This document shows, in pieces, positions 35,874 through 45,496 of a stretch of DNA of 64,000 nucleotides. The notes under the pieces are model-generated. The model was not told the origin of the DNA, searched no databases, and saw nothing but the letters and a program-made list of their open reading frames with translations. The DNA is taken from positions 743-64,742 of the forward strand of contig WSNJ01000002.1 in the NCBI GenBank assembly GCA_013316045.1. The letters run 5' to 3'. The number at the start of each line of letters is the position of its first letter. Position 1 is the first letter of the stretch. The translations under genes were made by a program, and so were the position numbers. This DNA comes from Clostridia bacterium (GTDB taxonomy: Bacteria; Bacillota; Clostridia; Christensenellales; Pumilibacteraceae).

Positions 35874-37463
35874 ATGGAACGGCTAATCTTCGAACTTGTA
35901 TTTTCCGCAGTAGGCGCGGTACTTCTCACGCTATGCGGCTACAAAATGTTTCAGATTTACCAACTTTCTTCGTATAGGACGAAAGGAGTTTTCAACTGGT
36001 TCAAAGTAAGCCGTTTCGATTATTTGGCAAGATATTTTGCGTTAGCGTTCCTGTCGTTTATGGGAATGTTCGTATATATCGGCTGTTTCGGACGGCGCGA
36101 GTATGTAGAATATATCGGCGCTGTAATATTCATATTTTTTGCGTGCGTGTTTATAGCCGTAACGGCAAAAGAACATAAGAAAACGCCGCTGAAATTAACG
36201 CCGCGCGTAATCAGATGCACGGTGCTCGATTTTTTTCTGAATTTCGGTCTTATGTACGGTTTTTTAAGGCTCGGCAGACTTTTTCCGCCGTCGTATGCGT
36301 TTACGGCTATTACAATGCTTCTGATTCCGATTACGGTGGCGATTTCGCATATAATAATGTCGCCGTTTGAGAAGTTGAACAACGCGGGGTACAAAAAAAG
36401 AGCCGAAAGGGTGCTTGCAAGTATGCCTCATCTTATTAAAATAGGAATTACGGGCAGTTACGGCAAGACGAGCGCGAAAAATATATTGGCTAAGATGCTT
36501 GAAAAGAAATACCGCGTTGCGTATTCTCCCGCGAGCTATAATACGCCTATGGGGCTGAGCCGCGTTATAAACAACGACTTAAAAGTTACCGACGAAGTTT
36601 TTATCGCCGAAATGGGCGCGAGAAACGTAGGCGATATAAAAGAACTTGCGCAAATGATTCAACCGAATTACGGACTTATAACTTCCGTCGGTAATCAGCA
36701 TCTCGAAACGTTCGGAACGCTCGAAAACATAGTTAATACGAAATTCGAGCTTGTCGAAAACCTTGCGGCGGGCGGAGTTGCGGTATTTAACGGCGACGGC
36801 GAAAAGGTTGTCGAAATGTTTAACCGTGCGGGCGTTGAGAAACGTTTGTCGGGAAAAGACGGATTGGTCGGCGCGTCGGCATTCTATTCGGACGTGGAAG
36901 TAGGTGCGCGCGGGACCGAATTCGTTGCGAATATCGACGGGCAAAGCGTTAAGATTTCAACCCGATTGCTTGGAAAACACGTGCCGGGGCTTATGCTTTC
37001 GTGCGCGGTTGTCGCACATTTACTCGGCGTTCCGTTGGACGGGATTGCGGCGGCTTGCGGCGAAATCGAACCCGTAGCGCACAGGTTGCAACTTATAGAC
37101 CGCGGCGATACGGTGATTATAGACGACGCGTACAACGCCAATTCCGAGGGCTCGAAAAATGCGTTGGAAGTTTTGGGAAAGTTCGACGGGAAAAGAATTA
37201 TAGTAACTCCCGGGCTTGTGGAACTCGGCACGGAAGAAAAAACGGCTAACGAAGAATTGGGAAAGGCGATTGCCGAAAACGCCGACTACGCTATGCTTAT
37301 AGGCGCGCGCGCCGAGAGTATAAAGAAAGGCGCGGTAGAAAACGGAATGAAAGAAGAAAACGCATTCGTGCTTGCAAGTCTTGACGAAAGCGTGGAAAAG
37401 TTGCGGGAAATAGCGGGCAAAAAAGCAGTGTTGTTCGAGAATGATTTGCCCGACAATTATTGA
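35874..37463 (+). CDS. MurF-type Mur ligase with N-terminal polytopic membrane domain
   Basis: aa 1-165 form 4-5 hydrophobic helices. Then come the P-loop GITGSYGKTS (aa 191-200), EMGAR, and DDAYNANSEGSKNALEVL, the MurF-type C-terminal motif. Confidence 0.75.
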   Translation: MERLIFELVFSAVGAVLLTLCGYKMFQIYQLSSYRTKGVFNWFKVSRFDYLARYFALAFLSFMGMFVYIGCFGRREYVEYIGAVIFIFFACVFIAVTAKEHKKTPLKLTPRVIRCTVLDFFLNFGLMYGFLRLGRLFPPSYAFTAITMLLIPITVAISHIIMSPFEKLNNAGYKKRAERVLASMPHLIKIGITGSYGKTSAKNILAKMLEKKYRVAYSPASYNTPMGLSRVINNDLKVTDEVFIAEMGARNVGDIKELAQMIQPNYGLITSVGNQHLETFGTLENIVNTKFELVENLAAGGVAVFNGDGEKVVEMFNRAGVEKRLSGKDGLVGASAFYSDVEVGARGTEFVANIDGQSVKISTRLLGKHVPGLMLSCAVVAHLLGVPLDGIAAACGEIEPVAHRLQLIDRGDTVIIDDAYNANSEGSKNALEVLGKFDGKRIIVTPGLVELGTEEKTANEELGKAIAENADYAMLIGARAESIKKGAVENGMKEENAFVLASLDESVEKLREIAGKKAVLFENDLPDNY

Positions 37464-37468
37464 GAGCT

Positions 37469-38206
37469 ATGGAAAGAAAGAGAACTGTATTCATAACGGG
37501 CGGAACGCGCGGCATAGGGCGCGGACTTGTAGACGCGTTTTCCGAAAGCGGATATAACGTAGCTTTTTGCTATAAAAATTCCGACGAACTCGCGAAAGAA
37601 ATTGCGGACAAGCTGTCGGAAAGGCAGATTAACGCTATCGCAGTTAAATGCGACGTAACCGATTATAAAGCCGTGGCAGACGCGTACGGACGGCTTAAAA
37701 GCCACTTCGGATTTGTAGACACGGTTATAAACAATGCGGGCGTAAGTCGTTACGCGCTGTTTACGGACGAAACCGAGAAAGATTTCGACGCGATAGTCGG
37801 CGCTAACTTAAAGAGCGTTTTTAACGTGTGCAATTTATTCGCGCCCGATATGGTGTCGCAAAAGTTCGGGCGCATAATAAACGTATCGTCCGTATGGGGA
37901 GTAAGCGGCGCGTCTATGGAAACTCTGTACTCAATGACCAAGGCGGGCGTTATAGGGCTTACCAAGGCACTTGCAAAAGAGCTCGCTCCCAGCGGAGTAA
38001 CCGTTAATTCGATTGCTCCGGGGTTTATCGACACTGAAATGAACTCGGTTTTTTCCGAAGAAGAGCGGCGCGCCATAATAGACGGAATACCCGTCGGGCG
38101 TTCGGGCAACGTAAAAGACGTTGCCGCCGCCGCGCTGTACCTTGCGGGGGAGAACAGCGGCTTTATTACGGGTGAAGTTATAAACGTAAACGGCGGAGTT
38201 CTGTAA
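37469..38206 (+). CDS. SDR family oxidoreductase (FabG-like)
   Basis: TGGTRGIG, NNAG, and S...Y..TK catalytic residues (YSMTKAG). Confidence 0.85.
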   Translation: MERKRTVFITGGTRGIGRGLVDAFSESGYNVAFCYKNSDELAKEIADKLSERQINAIAVKCDVTDYKAVADAYGRLKSHFGFVDTVINNAGVSRYALFTDETEKDFDAIVGANLKSVFNVCNLFAPDMVSQKFGRIINVSSVWGVSGASMETLYSMTKAGVIGLTKALAKELAPSGVTVNSIAPGFIDTEMNSVFSEEERRAIIDGIPVGRSGNVKDVAAAALYLAGENSGFITGEVINVNGGVL

Positions 38207-38226
38207 ACAAGCCTTAATTAAATATT

Positions 38227-38263
38227 AAAAAAGGCAAACCCGTTTTGTCGGGTTTGCCTTTTT
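38227..38263. terminator. bidirectional intrinsic terminator
   Basis: AAAAAAGGCAAACCCG (38227-38242) pairs with CGGGTTTGCCTTTTT (38249-38263), between convergent genes. Confidence 0.85.
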
Positions 38264-38280
38264 ATTTGTTCCGTTTTTTC

Positions 38281-41200
38281 TTAATCGTCGAACTCGTCAA
38301 TGTAAGAGTCTGCCGTTTTGTCGGCTTTTACTTCTTTCTTAACCGGTTCGGTCGGCTTTTCCTGCTTTGCGGGCTTTTCTTTTTCCGTTACCGTTTCGGT
38401 TTTTTCCGCGCTTTCCGAACTATCGACGTTTTCGGGCTTTTCTGCGGGTTCTTCGTTTTCGGCAGTTTCCGAATTTTCAGCCGTTTCGGCAGTTTCGGCG
38501 TGCCTTGCGGGAGCTTCTTCCGCTACGGGTTCTTCGGTTTCCGTTACGTCTGCTTCGGGTTCGGTTGTCGTTACCGTAGTTTTTTCCGAAGCGTCGTCGT
38601 CGAACTCGCCGTAAGTGCTGTCGCTTACGCTGTCGGCTTTTACTTTTTCGCCCTTTTCGGAGTTTTCGTTGTGGATATTGTTGAGAGTGTTTTTGCGGTC
38701 GTATCCGCTCGTCGTTTCGACTTTAACGCGTTTCTTCGCTCTGTTGTCCGTTATACGGCGAACTACTATTCCGACTATCGCTATAAGGAGCGCTATCGAG
38801 AACAGTATCGACGGAATGAGCCACCAGTTGAACGAAGACGCGGGGCTTGCTGAATCGTCGCCGTCGTCGGTGTCGTCGGTAGCTGCCGTCAAATCGGCTT
38901 TAACCGCATAGGTTACGTTCTTTTGAACTTCGCCTACGTTGAACGACTTAACCGCGGAATCTTCCATTTTCTCGACCATATCGTCGTATTGAACGTTATC
39001 TATTTCGGTGAACGTAATATCGTTTACGTAAACTCTGCCCGAGCAATATTGATTCGAGTATTCGCTGCCGCCGAGCGTTATCGCAACCGAAACGGTTCTT
39101 TCTTCGCTGCCGCCGAGAATATAGAACTCGAACGTTCTGAACGTTTCGTTGTTAACCGTCTGGTCGGTAACGGTGCGCGTGCTCTGAATGTTGCCGAACT
39201 TGAATTCCGTTCCCGTAAGCTCTACGCCCGCTCCGATTGCCGTATCGGCGTTGCCGTTGCCCAAGTCTACTTTAAGCGTTACCGACAATTTATAGTACGT
39301 GCTTGCCGAAACGGTAAATCCGTTGTCGAGCGTAAGGCGCGAAGCGGTAGGGGATACGTTGTGCAAGTACAGCACGCCGTTGTTCGCTGCGTTTTCGTCG
39401 TTTTTGAAGTGCGGCGGAATTTCGTAAGTGCCTTCGGGGATATTCTTCGAATCGAATATTCCGTAAACAACGCCGTCGGTGCTTGCTTTTCCGCCTGCCG
39501 TAAGCGTCCAGTTGTACGGGAACTTAACGACGCCGTTGTCGTAGTAGTCGTAAGCGGTAAAGTCTTCGGCGTTGAACGTGTAAGCCGCGCTCGTGATTTT
39601 TCCGCCGACGCGCATTGCGTTTTCGTATTCGGTCTTGAACGTTGCATAGCTTTCGTCTTCGCCGATAGCCGCAAACGATACCTGCGAGAAGAATACGGTG
39701 CCGCTCGAAAGTTTTGAATTGTTATTCTTATCTCTGTCGAGCATTCCGAGCCACAATTCCACCGAAACCGTCTTATCCGCAACTCCGCCTTCGATATAGA
39801 AGGTAAACGTTTCAAAACCGTGCGTGGACGTTATGTTTTCGATTGTCGAGATGACTTTCGATTCGTTCTTTAATACGAGATTTGCGCCGTAGCCGTCTTT
39901 AATATCGGCTTTAAGCGTTACGGTAAGTCTGTTTGCCGTGCCTGCGGTAAGCGTTATATCGGACGAACGGTAACCGAGCGCTGTGGGGTTCTTGCTCGAA
40001 ATAACGAGCAGATTGCCTTTTTCGCCGCGGCGCGGATTGATTATTCCGTTCTCCGTAAGGTCGTTGTACATTTTGCCCGAGAAATCTTTTTCGGTCGGAA
40101 CTATTCCGCTTACCACGCTGTCGTAATCGCAATACGAAGAGTTGGAAGAGTAACCGCTCCAACCTGCGTCGGACGCGTTAACCTTTGTCCAGGAAGCGGG
40201 GGCAAGGGGATACTTGTATTCGTCGTAGTCGCCCGCAAGGAAGAACGCGCCGTTCGTTACGCCGCTGTCGTTGTTTGCGAACGTTCCGTCTATCGAAACG
40301 ATTGTGCCGTTTGCGCTGTTGTCGGCAAACTCGGAACTCGTTATGTTGTCGAAACGGATATTGTTGAACATTACCGTTCCGCGAGCTTTATCGGAAAAAC
40401 TTCCGCCGAGTCTTAACGCGAGCGTAAAGGTGTATTCTTCAATCGACGAACCCTGAATGTAGAACGCGTATTCTTTCCAACCGTGTCTGCCTGCAAAATT
40501 TTCGTCGCCCGTTACGTTTTCGATAACGAACTCTCTGTATTCGTCGTCTTTGCCGCCCGATACGAGCTTGTTGGTTTTAAGAACTATATCGGCTCCCGAC
40601 GTGTCGTTCACGCCGTCCGTTTTTACCCAAATACTGAGTCTGCGGTACGAGAACATCGGAACGGTGAGCGAGTTTTTGGACGTAAAGCCCGTGTATGCGT
40701 CGCCGTAGTTTTTAACGTCGTTCACGGTATCCTTATACGACGATATAATCAATATGTCTTTAAGATATTCGTTTTCAATAGCGTAGCTTCCGCCGTTTGC
40801 GGGGAACGTTCCTACCGAAGTTTCGGGAGCGGCGTCAAGTCCGTATTCCGATTTGTTGAAAGCGTCGCCCGAAACAAAACCGTTCGTTACGTTTTCCGCC
40901 GAGCCTATGTTATACTCCCAATTATCCGAGCCGAAAGCAAAGCCGAGCTTCTGTTCGTCGCTGCCGAAAGCGGTGTCGAGCGAAAGGTCGACGATTTTAT
41001 AGTAGTTTAATCTTTCGTCGGAGCTGCCGATTTTTTCCACAAAGTCGATATAATCGTTATATTCGGTTGCGCTGAGCTCTCTGCCTTCGACCATATCGAA
41101 GAAAGCGTAACCGGTTGCGAAATTCGTAATATTGTCTTCCGCGTATTCGTCGCCTATTCCGAGCGATACGGAGAGCGTTTTGCTTCCGAGCGGGGAAGTG

Positions 41201-41880
41201 GCAATATAGAAAGTGTACTTTCTCCAACCGTAGAGATTTTTGCCGGGTTCGGTCGGCGCGTTGGTATCGTTGTCGTAAGGGGGAGCGAGCCTGCTTACGG
41301 TGTTTATTTTATTGAACGCGTAGTCGCCGCCCAAACCGTTAAGCCTTATGGTTGCGCCGGAGTTGTCGCGGAAGTTACCCGTTCTTACCCAAGCGGAAAC
41401 TGCGTAGTAGCTGTTTGCGTTGAGCGTAACGTCGGACGAAGTATATTTAACCGCCGTGTTCGTTGAGGTGGTAGTGTTTATCATAAGGAACTTCGAGCCG
41501 CCTTCGAGACCATCCGCACCTTTGCCGAACGGCGTTTGGGGCAGAGCGTCGCTGAACTCGTCGTATTGCGAGAGCTTGGACGCGTCTTTGTTATCGGTCG
41601 TGTTGAACGTAGCGGGGTTCAGAACGCCCGATACGGTCGAGCCTTCGTTTACGCCGTCTGCCGTGCTTTTCGTCCAGCCCGTAGGCGTTTCGGGAAAACT
41701 GCCCGACGAATTTTCGAACTCGTTGTTTTCAAAGTTCAGCGTACTCAGCTCCGCTTCGGCTTTTGCCGCAAAACGAACTCTCGGAGTAAAAATAAGAGTA
41801 ATTGCCGAGAACACGAGCGCGAGTACGAGTAGCGACAAAACCGATTTTAGCAGGATTTTCTTTTTGAAAAGTTTGTCCAT
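38281..41880 (-). CDS. 1199-aa surface protein: signal/anchor, 4-5 CBM4_9-like beta-sandwich repeats, C-terminal TM, acidic cytoplasmic tail
   Basis: N-terminal hydrophobic segment. Repeated modules ending ...GW(K/R).Y.FYI...(S/T)(V/F)(S/T)(L/V).L.LG. TM segment WWLIPSILFSIALLIAIVGIVV (nt 38752-38835). 156-aa E/T/K-rich tail. Confidence 0.7.
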   Translation of the reverse strand: MDKLFKKKILLKSVLSLLVLALVFSAITLIFTPRVRFAAKAEAELSTLNFENNEFENSSGSFPETPTGWTKSTADGVNEGSTVSGVLNPATFNTTDNKDASKLSQYDEFSDALPQTPFGKGADGLEGGSKFLMINTTTSTNTAVKYTSSDVTLNANSYYAVSAWVRTGNFRDNSGATIRLNGLGGDYAFNKINTVSRLAPPYDNDTNAPTEPGKNLYGWRKYTFYIATSPLGSKTLSVSLGIGDEYAEDNITNFATGYAFFDMVEGRELSATEYNDYIDFVEKIGSSDERLNYYKIVDLSLDTAFGSDEQKLGFAFGSDNWEYNIGSAENVTNGFVSGDAFNKSEYGLDAAPETSVGTFPANGGSYAIENEYLKDILIISSYKDTVNDVKNYGDAYTGFTSKNSLTVPMFSYRRLSIWVKTDGVNDTSGADIVLKTNKLVSGGKDDEYREFVIENVTGDENFAGRHGWKEYAFYIQGSSIEEYTFTLALRLGGSFSDKARGTVMFNNIRFDNITSSEFADNSANGTIVSIDGTFANNDSGVTNGAFFLAGDYDEYKYPLAPASWTKVNASDAGWSGYSSNSSYCDYDSVVSGIVPTEKDFSGKMYNDLTENGIINPRRGEKGNLLVISSKNPTALGYRSSDITLTAGTANRLTVTLKADIKDGYGANLVLKNESKVISTIENITSTHGFETFTFYIEGGVADKTVSVELWLGMLDRDKNNNSKLSSGTVFFSQVSFAAIGEDESYATFKTEYENAMRVGGKITSAAYTFNAEDFTAYDYYDNGVVKFPYNWTLTAGGKASTDGVVYGIFDSKNIPEGTYEIPPHFKNDENAANNGVLYLHNVSPTASRLTLDNGFTVSASTYYKLSVTLKVDLGNGNADTAIGAGVELTGTEFKFGNIQSTRTVTDQTVNNETFRTFEFYILGGSEERTVSVAITLGGSEYSNQYCSGRVYVNDITFTEIDNVQYDDMVEKMEDSAVKSFNVGEVQKNVTYAVKADLTAATDDTDDGDDSASPASSFNWWLIPSILFSIALLIAIVGIVVRRITDNRAKKRVKVETTSGYDRKNTLNNIHNENSEKGEKVKADSVSDSTYGEFDDDASEKTTVTTTEPEADVTETEEPVAEEAPARHAETAETAENSETAENEEPAEKPENVDSSESAEKTETVTEKEKPAKQEKPTEPVKKEVKADKTADSYIDEFDD

Positions 41881-42078
41881 AATTCACCTTTTGAAAGTAA
41901 TGTTTCGAAGTCTGTTTTACGAGTATGCCGTGATAAAACGCATACATTATATAATTATATAGTATTTTACTGATTTTAGCAATTAAAAACGACTATGTTG
42001 ACGAAATTTTCGTTGCGAAAAAAAACTTTTTCGTTTTATATCGGTATTTTATCACATATCGGGGAAAACTATTTAACA

Positions 42079-42444
42079 ATGGAAAAAATAACCAAAAAAA
42101 TAATTGCGGCGGCGGGCGGACTGTTTATAGGTTTTATCAACGGATTTTTCGGGAGCGGCGGCGGTATGCTGTGCGTACCGCTGTTGGAAAAGGCGTTAAA
42201 AGAAGAAACCAAGCGCGCTCACGCGACGGCTATTCTCGTTATTTTGCCTATCAGCATAGCAAGCGCGGTTATGTATCTTTTGGGCGGCTATTGGGATACG
42301 GGCGTAGTTCTTACGGCGTCGCTCGGCGTGGTTCTCGGCGGAATAGGCGGCGCGCTATTGCTTAAAATTCTGCCGTCGGAAATAGTCGGACTGATTTTCG
42401 CGCTTATGATGGTAGGCGTGGGCATAAAGCTCGTCGCGTTTTAG
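42079..42444 (+). CDS. TauE/SafE (TSUP) family half-size membrane protein
   Basis: 4 TM helices and a GSGGGML motif. The start was moved to ATG 42079. Confidence 0.65.
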   Translation: MEKITKKIIAAAGGLFIGFINGFFGSGGGMLCVPLLEKALKEETKRAHATAILVILPISIASAVMYLLGGYWDTGVVLTASLGVVLGGIGGALLLKILPSEIVGLIFALMMVGVGIKLVAF

Positions 42445-42456
42445 GGAAGAAGAAAT

Positions 42457-42921
42457 ATGCAGACGTTTCTTTATATTATTATTGGCGTAGTCGGCGGACT
42501 GCTCGGCGGAATGGGAATGGGCGGCGGAACGCTTCTGATACCTTTTCTGACAATGTTCACGGGTACGGAACAGCACCTTGCGCAAGCCGTTAACCTGATA
42601 GCGTTTATACCGATGTCGGCGTTCGCGCTTTTTATTCATATAAAAAACAAGCTCGTCGATTTCAAGTATCTGCTGTTTATTTCCGTTCCCGCGGTCGTTG
42701 CGGGCGTTCTCGCGTCGTATCTCACAAAGTCGGTCGGCGGCGAAGAACTCAAAAAATATTTCGGCGTGTTTCTGATAGTGCTCGGAATTTATCAGCTCGT
42801 TACGATAGCCGTAAACTTTATCAAAAAGCGCAGAAATCTTAAAAAATCGCTCGCAAAGGGCAGAGTGGAAACGCTTATTGAAACGAGCGAAGAGAACGAT
42901 TTGAGAAAATTTCACGAATAA
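42457..42921 (+). CDS. TauE/SafE (TSUP) family half-size membrane protein
   Basis: 4 TM helices and a GMGGGTLLIP motif. It is the adjacent paralogue of the preceding gene. Confidence 0.65.
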   Translation: MQTFLYIIIGVVGGLLGGMGMGGGTLLIPFLTMFTGTEQHLAQAVNLIAFIPMSAFALFIHIKNKLVDFKYLLFISVPAVVAGVLASYLTKSVGGEELKKYFGVFLIVLGIYQLVTIAVNFIKKRRNLKKSLAKGRVETLIETSEENDLRKFHE

Positions 42922-43022
42922 TTCGATAAAAGATATTAAAACGCATTTACAAAACGTATGATATTATGATAAAATATTATACGGCGCTTTTGCGCGTCAA
43001 TCAATTATTCGGAGGAAGAGTT

Positions 43023-44339
43023 TTGTCTGATAAAGATAAATCGGCAACCTTTCGCGCGGGCGTTCATCCGCCTCAATCGAAATCGCCGAGCAAAAGCGAG
43101 CAAATAAGAGTAATGCCCGCTCCCGAAACCGTGTACATATCACTTTCTCAGCATCTCGGAAAACCCGCCGTCGAATGCGTGGCAGTAGGCGAAACGGTAA
43201 AAGCGGGGCAGAAAATAGCGTCGGCGGACGGTTTTATATCCGCGGACGTGTTTTCGTCGGTAAGCGGAAAGGTTACCGCGATAGCCGAACGCGAAACGGC
43301 AACGGGGTATGCGAAACATATAGTTATAGAAAACGACGGCTTAAACGAATGCGTGGAGTTTACGCCGTTGACCGACCCGACGCCGAGCGAGATAAAAGAC
43401 CGCCTGCGCGAGAGCGGAATAGTCGGAATGGGCGGCGCGGGATTCCCGACGGCTGTAAAACTTTCGCCGCAGGACAAAGTCGATACGTTTATAATAAACG
43501 CCGCCGAGTGCGAGCCTTACATAACTTGCGACTACCGCATTATGCTCGACTACACGGAACAGTTCGTGCGCGGAGCCGTTTTGCTTGCGAAAGCCGCGGG
43601 ACTTAACGAAGTTATAATCGCCGCCGAAGACAATAAGACGGACGCTCTCGAAAAAGTCGATGCGTTTATAGCCAACAGTTCGCTTCCCGTGAGAACGGTA
43701 AAGCTGAAAGCCAAGTATCCGCAAGGCGCGGAAAAGCAACTGATTTACGCGGTAACGGGTCGGAAAGTTCCCGTAGGAAAATTGCCGTCGAGCGTGGGCG
43801 TTCTCGTAGACAACGTTCACACGGCGCTGTCGGCTTATCTTGCCGTAACGAAAGGGCAGCCGCTGTATAAACGCATTATGACGGTAAGCGGCGGCGGAAT
43901 AAAGAACCCTGCGAATATATGGGTTTCGGGCGGCACGACTTATAATAAGATTATCGAATTCTGCGGCGGCTTGTCGGAAAAAGAAACCGTAAAAATGATA
44001 AGCGGCGGACCTATGATGGGCTTTGCCGTCGACAGCGACGAGATTTCGACTACGAAAACGTCGAGCTGTCTGTTGCTTTTGACAAAAGACGAAGCGTTTA
44101 CGGGCAGTCCGCAGCCGTGTATAAATTGCGGCAAGTGCGCAAAGGCTTGCCCGATGCGGCTTATGCCTATGTATATAGATAAATTCGCATTGGCGGGCGA
44201 TGTGAAAAACGCGGTTAAATACGGCGCGCTCAACTGTATCGAGTGCGGTTCGTGCGCGTATACCTGTCCTGCCAAAAGACCGCTTGTTCAGTCGATAAAG
44301 CGCGCAAAAAAACGTGCGCGCGATTTGGGCGTTAAATAG
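43023..44339 (+). CDS. rnfC: Rnf electron transport complex subunit C
   Basis: GVHPP, GMGGAGFPT, and two ferredoxin motifs CINCGKCAKACP and CIECGSCAYTCP. TTG start 7 nt after GGAGG. Confidence 0.9.
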   Translation: MSDKDKSATFRAGVHPPQSKSPSKSEQIRVMPAPETVYISLSQHLGKPAVECVAVGETVKAGQKIASADGFISADVFSSVSGKVTAIAERETATGYAKHIVIENDGLNECVEFTPLTDPTPSEIKDRLRESGIVGMGGAGFPTAVKLSPQDKVDTFIINAAECEPYITCDYRIMLDYTEQFVRGAVLLAKAAGLNEVIIAAEDNKTDALEKVDAFIANSSLPVRTVKLKAKYPQGAEKQLIYAVTGRKVPVGKLPSSVGVLVDNVHTALSAYLAVTKGQPLYKRIMTVSGGGIKNPANIWVSGGTTYNKIIEFCGGLSEKETVKMISGGPMMGFAVDSDEISTTKTSSCLLLLTKDEAFTGSPQPCINCGKCAKACPMRLMPMYIDKFALAGDVKNAVKYGALNCIECGSCAYTCPAKRPLVQSIKRAKKRARDLGVK

Positions 44340-44368
44340 AAAAATCTTATTAAGGAGAGACGTTAGGT

Positions 44369-45496
44369 TTGAATAATTTGACTGTTTCGGCGTCGCCGCA
44401 CATAACGAACAAATCGAATTCGACGCGCAATATAATGCTCGACGTAATAATTGCGCTTTTGATTGTTCTGCTCGCCGCCGTGTTCTATTTCGGATACCAC
44501 GTTATAATAAACGCCGCCGTTTGCGTCGGCGCGTGCGTGGGGAGCGAACTGCTGTTCTGCCTTATCGCGCGTAAAAAGTTCGATAAAGAAGGGGTTAAGC
44601 AGTCGAGTATTTTCGATTTGTCCGCCGTTGTTACGGGGCTTATACTCGCGCTTAATTTGCCGTCGAAAACGATTGTAAAGGGTTGGGACCTGAATATTTA
44701 TCAAAAAGGTTACGACGCTTTGTCCACCCGCGCCGTAGACCACATAATTTTTTCGTTCGACACGGTGATTATTTGCATAATCGGCAGTATTTTCGCTATT
44801 ATGATTGTTAAAATGCTGTTCGGCGGCATAGGCAAAAACTTTGCCAACCCCGCCGTTACCGCGCGTATATTCCTTATGCTTTCGTTCGGACTCAGCGTCG
44901 TGAATACCGCGGGAGTGGGGCTTGCCGCGTCGACGGGTGCTACTTGGCTTGCGTCCGATAAATCGACGGGAAATCAGAGTATGTTCCTGAATTATTTTCT
45001 CGGAAACCGCGGAACGGCGGCAGTCGGCGAAACGTGTATGATAGCTTTGATTTTAAGCTATGTTTATTTATCGGCGCGCAAGGTAATCGATTTCAGGTTG
45101 CCGCTTATAATAATAGGAAGCGCGGCGGTGTTCTCGCTGTTGTTCGAGGGCTTTTACAAGGGAAGCGCGGCAAAGATATTCAACAATATGTTTGCGAATA
45201 TCTTATCGGGCGGTCTTGTTTTCGGTTCGGTGTTTATGGCGACAGATTACTCGACAAGTCCGAATACGTTCGTAGGACAAGTCGTGTTCGGCGTGGGCAT
45301 AGGACTTTTTACGATGCTTATACGCGTGTTTACGGGTATGCCCGAAGGTATGAGTTTTGCGATTCTTCTTATGAACGTCGCAACGCCGCTTATAGATAAG
45401 TATATCTTCCCCAAACCTTTCGGGTACGTAAAGCCCGAAAAACGTAAAAAGGCGAAAGACGGTAAACAAGACGGAAAAGCGGAGGTGAAAGCGTAA
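44369..45496 (+). CDS. rnfD: Rnf complex subunit D
   Basis: Polytopic. SPH near the N-terminus. FMATDYSTSP flavinylation-site motif. Confidence 0.9.
   Translation: MNNLTVSASPHITNKSNSTRNIMLDVIIALLIVLLAAVFYFGYHVIINAAVCVGACVGSELLFCLIARKKFDKEGVKQSSIFDLSAVVTGLILALNLPSKTIVKGWDLNIYQKGYDALSTRAVDHIIFSFDTVIICIIGSIFAIMIVKMLFGGIGKNFANPAVTARIFLMLSFGLSVVNTAGVGLAASTGATWLASDKSTGNQSMFLNYFLGNRGTAAVGETCMIALILSYVYLSARKVIDFRLPLIIIGSAAVFSLLFEGFYKGSAAKIFNNMFANILSGGLVFGSVFMATDYSTSPNTFVGQVVFGVGIGLFTMLIRVFTGMPEGMSFAILLMNVATPLIDKYIFPKPFGYVKPEKRKKAKDGKQDGKAEVKA

Noticed and set aside
38400-38560. Short tandem DNA repeats (GTTTCGGCAGTTTC...), considered as a possible CRISPR or satellite.
   Set aside because: They lie in frame within the coding sequence and encode the ETAE(T/N) low-complexity tail. 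There is no repeat-spacer periodicity.
38245-41962. Many + strand ORFs (38245-38853, 38923-39717, 40483-41010, 41420-41962, etc.) inside the 1199-aa minus-strand gene.
   Set aside because: They are shadow frames of a long repetitive gene. Their translations are low-complexity (F/R/V-rich), whereas the minus-strand product has a coherent signal-repeats-TM-tail architecture.
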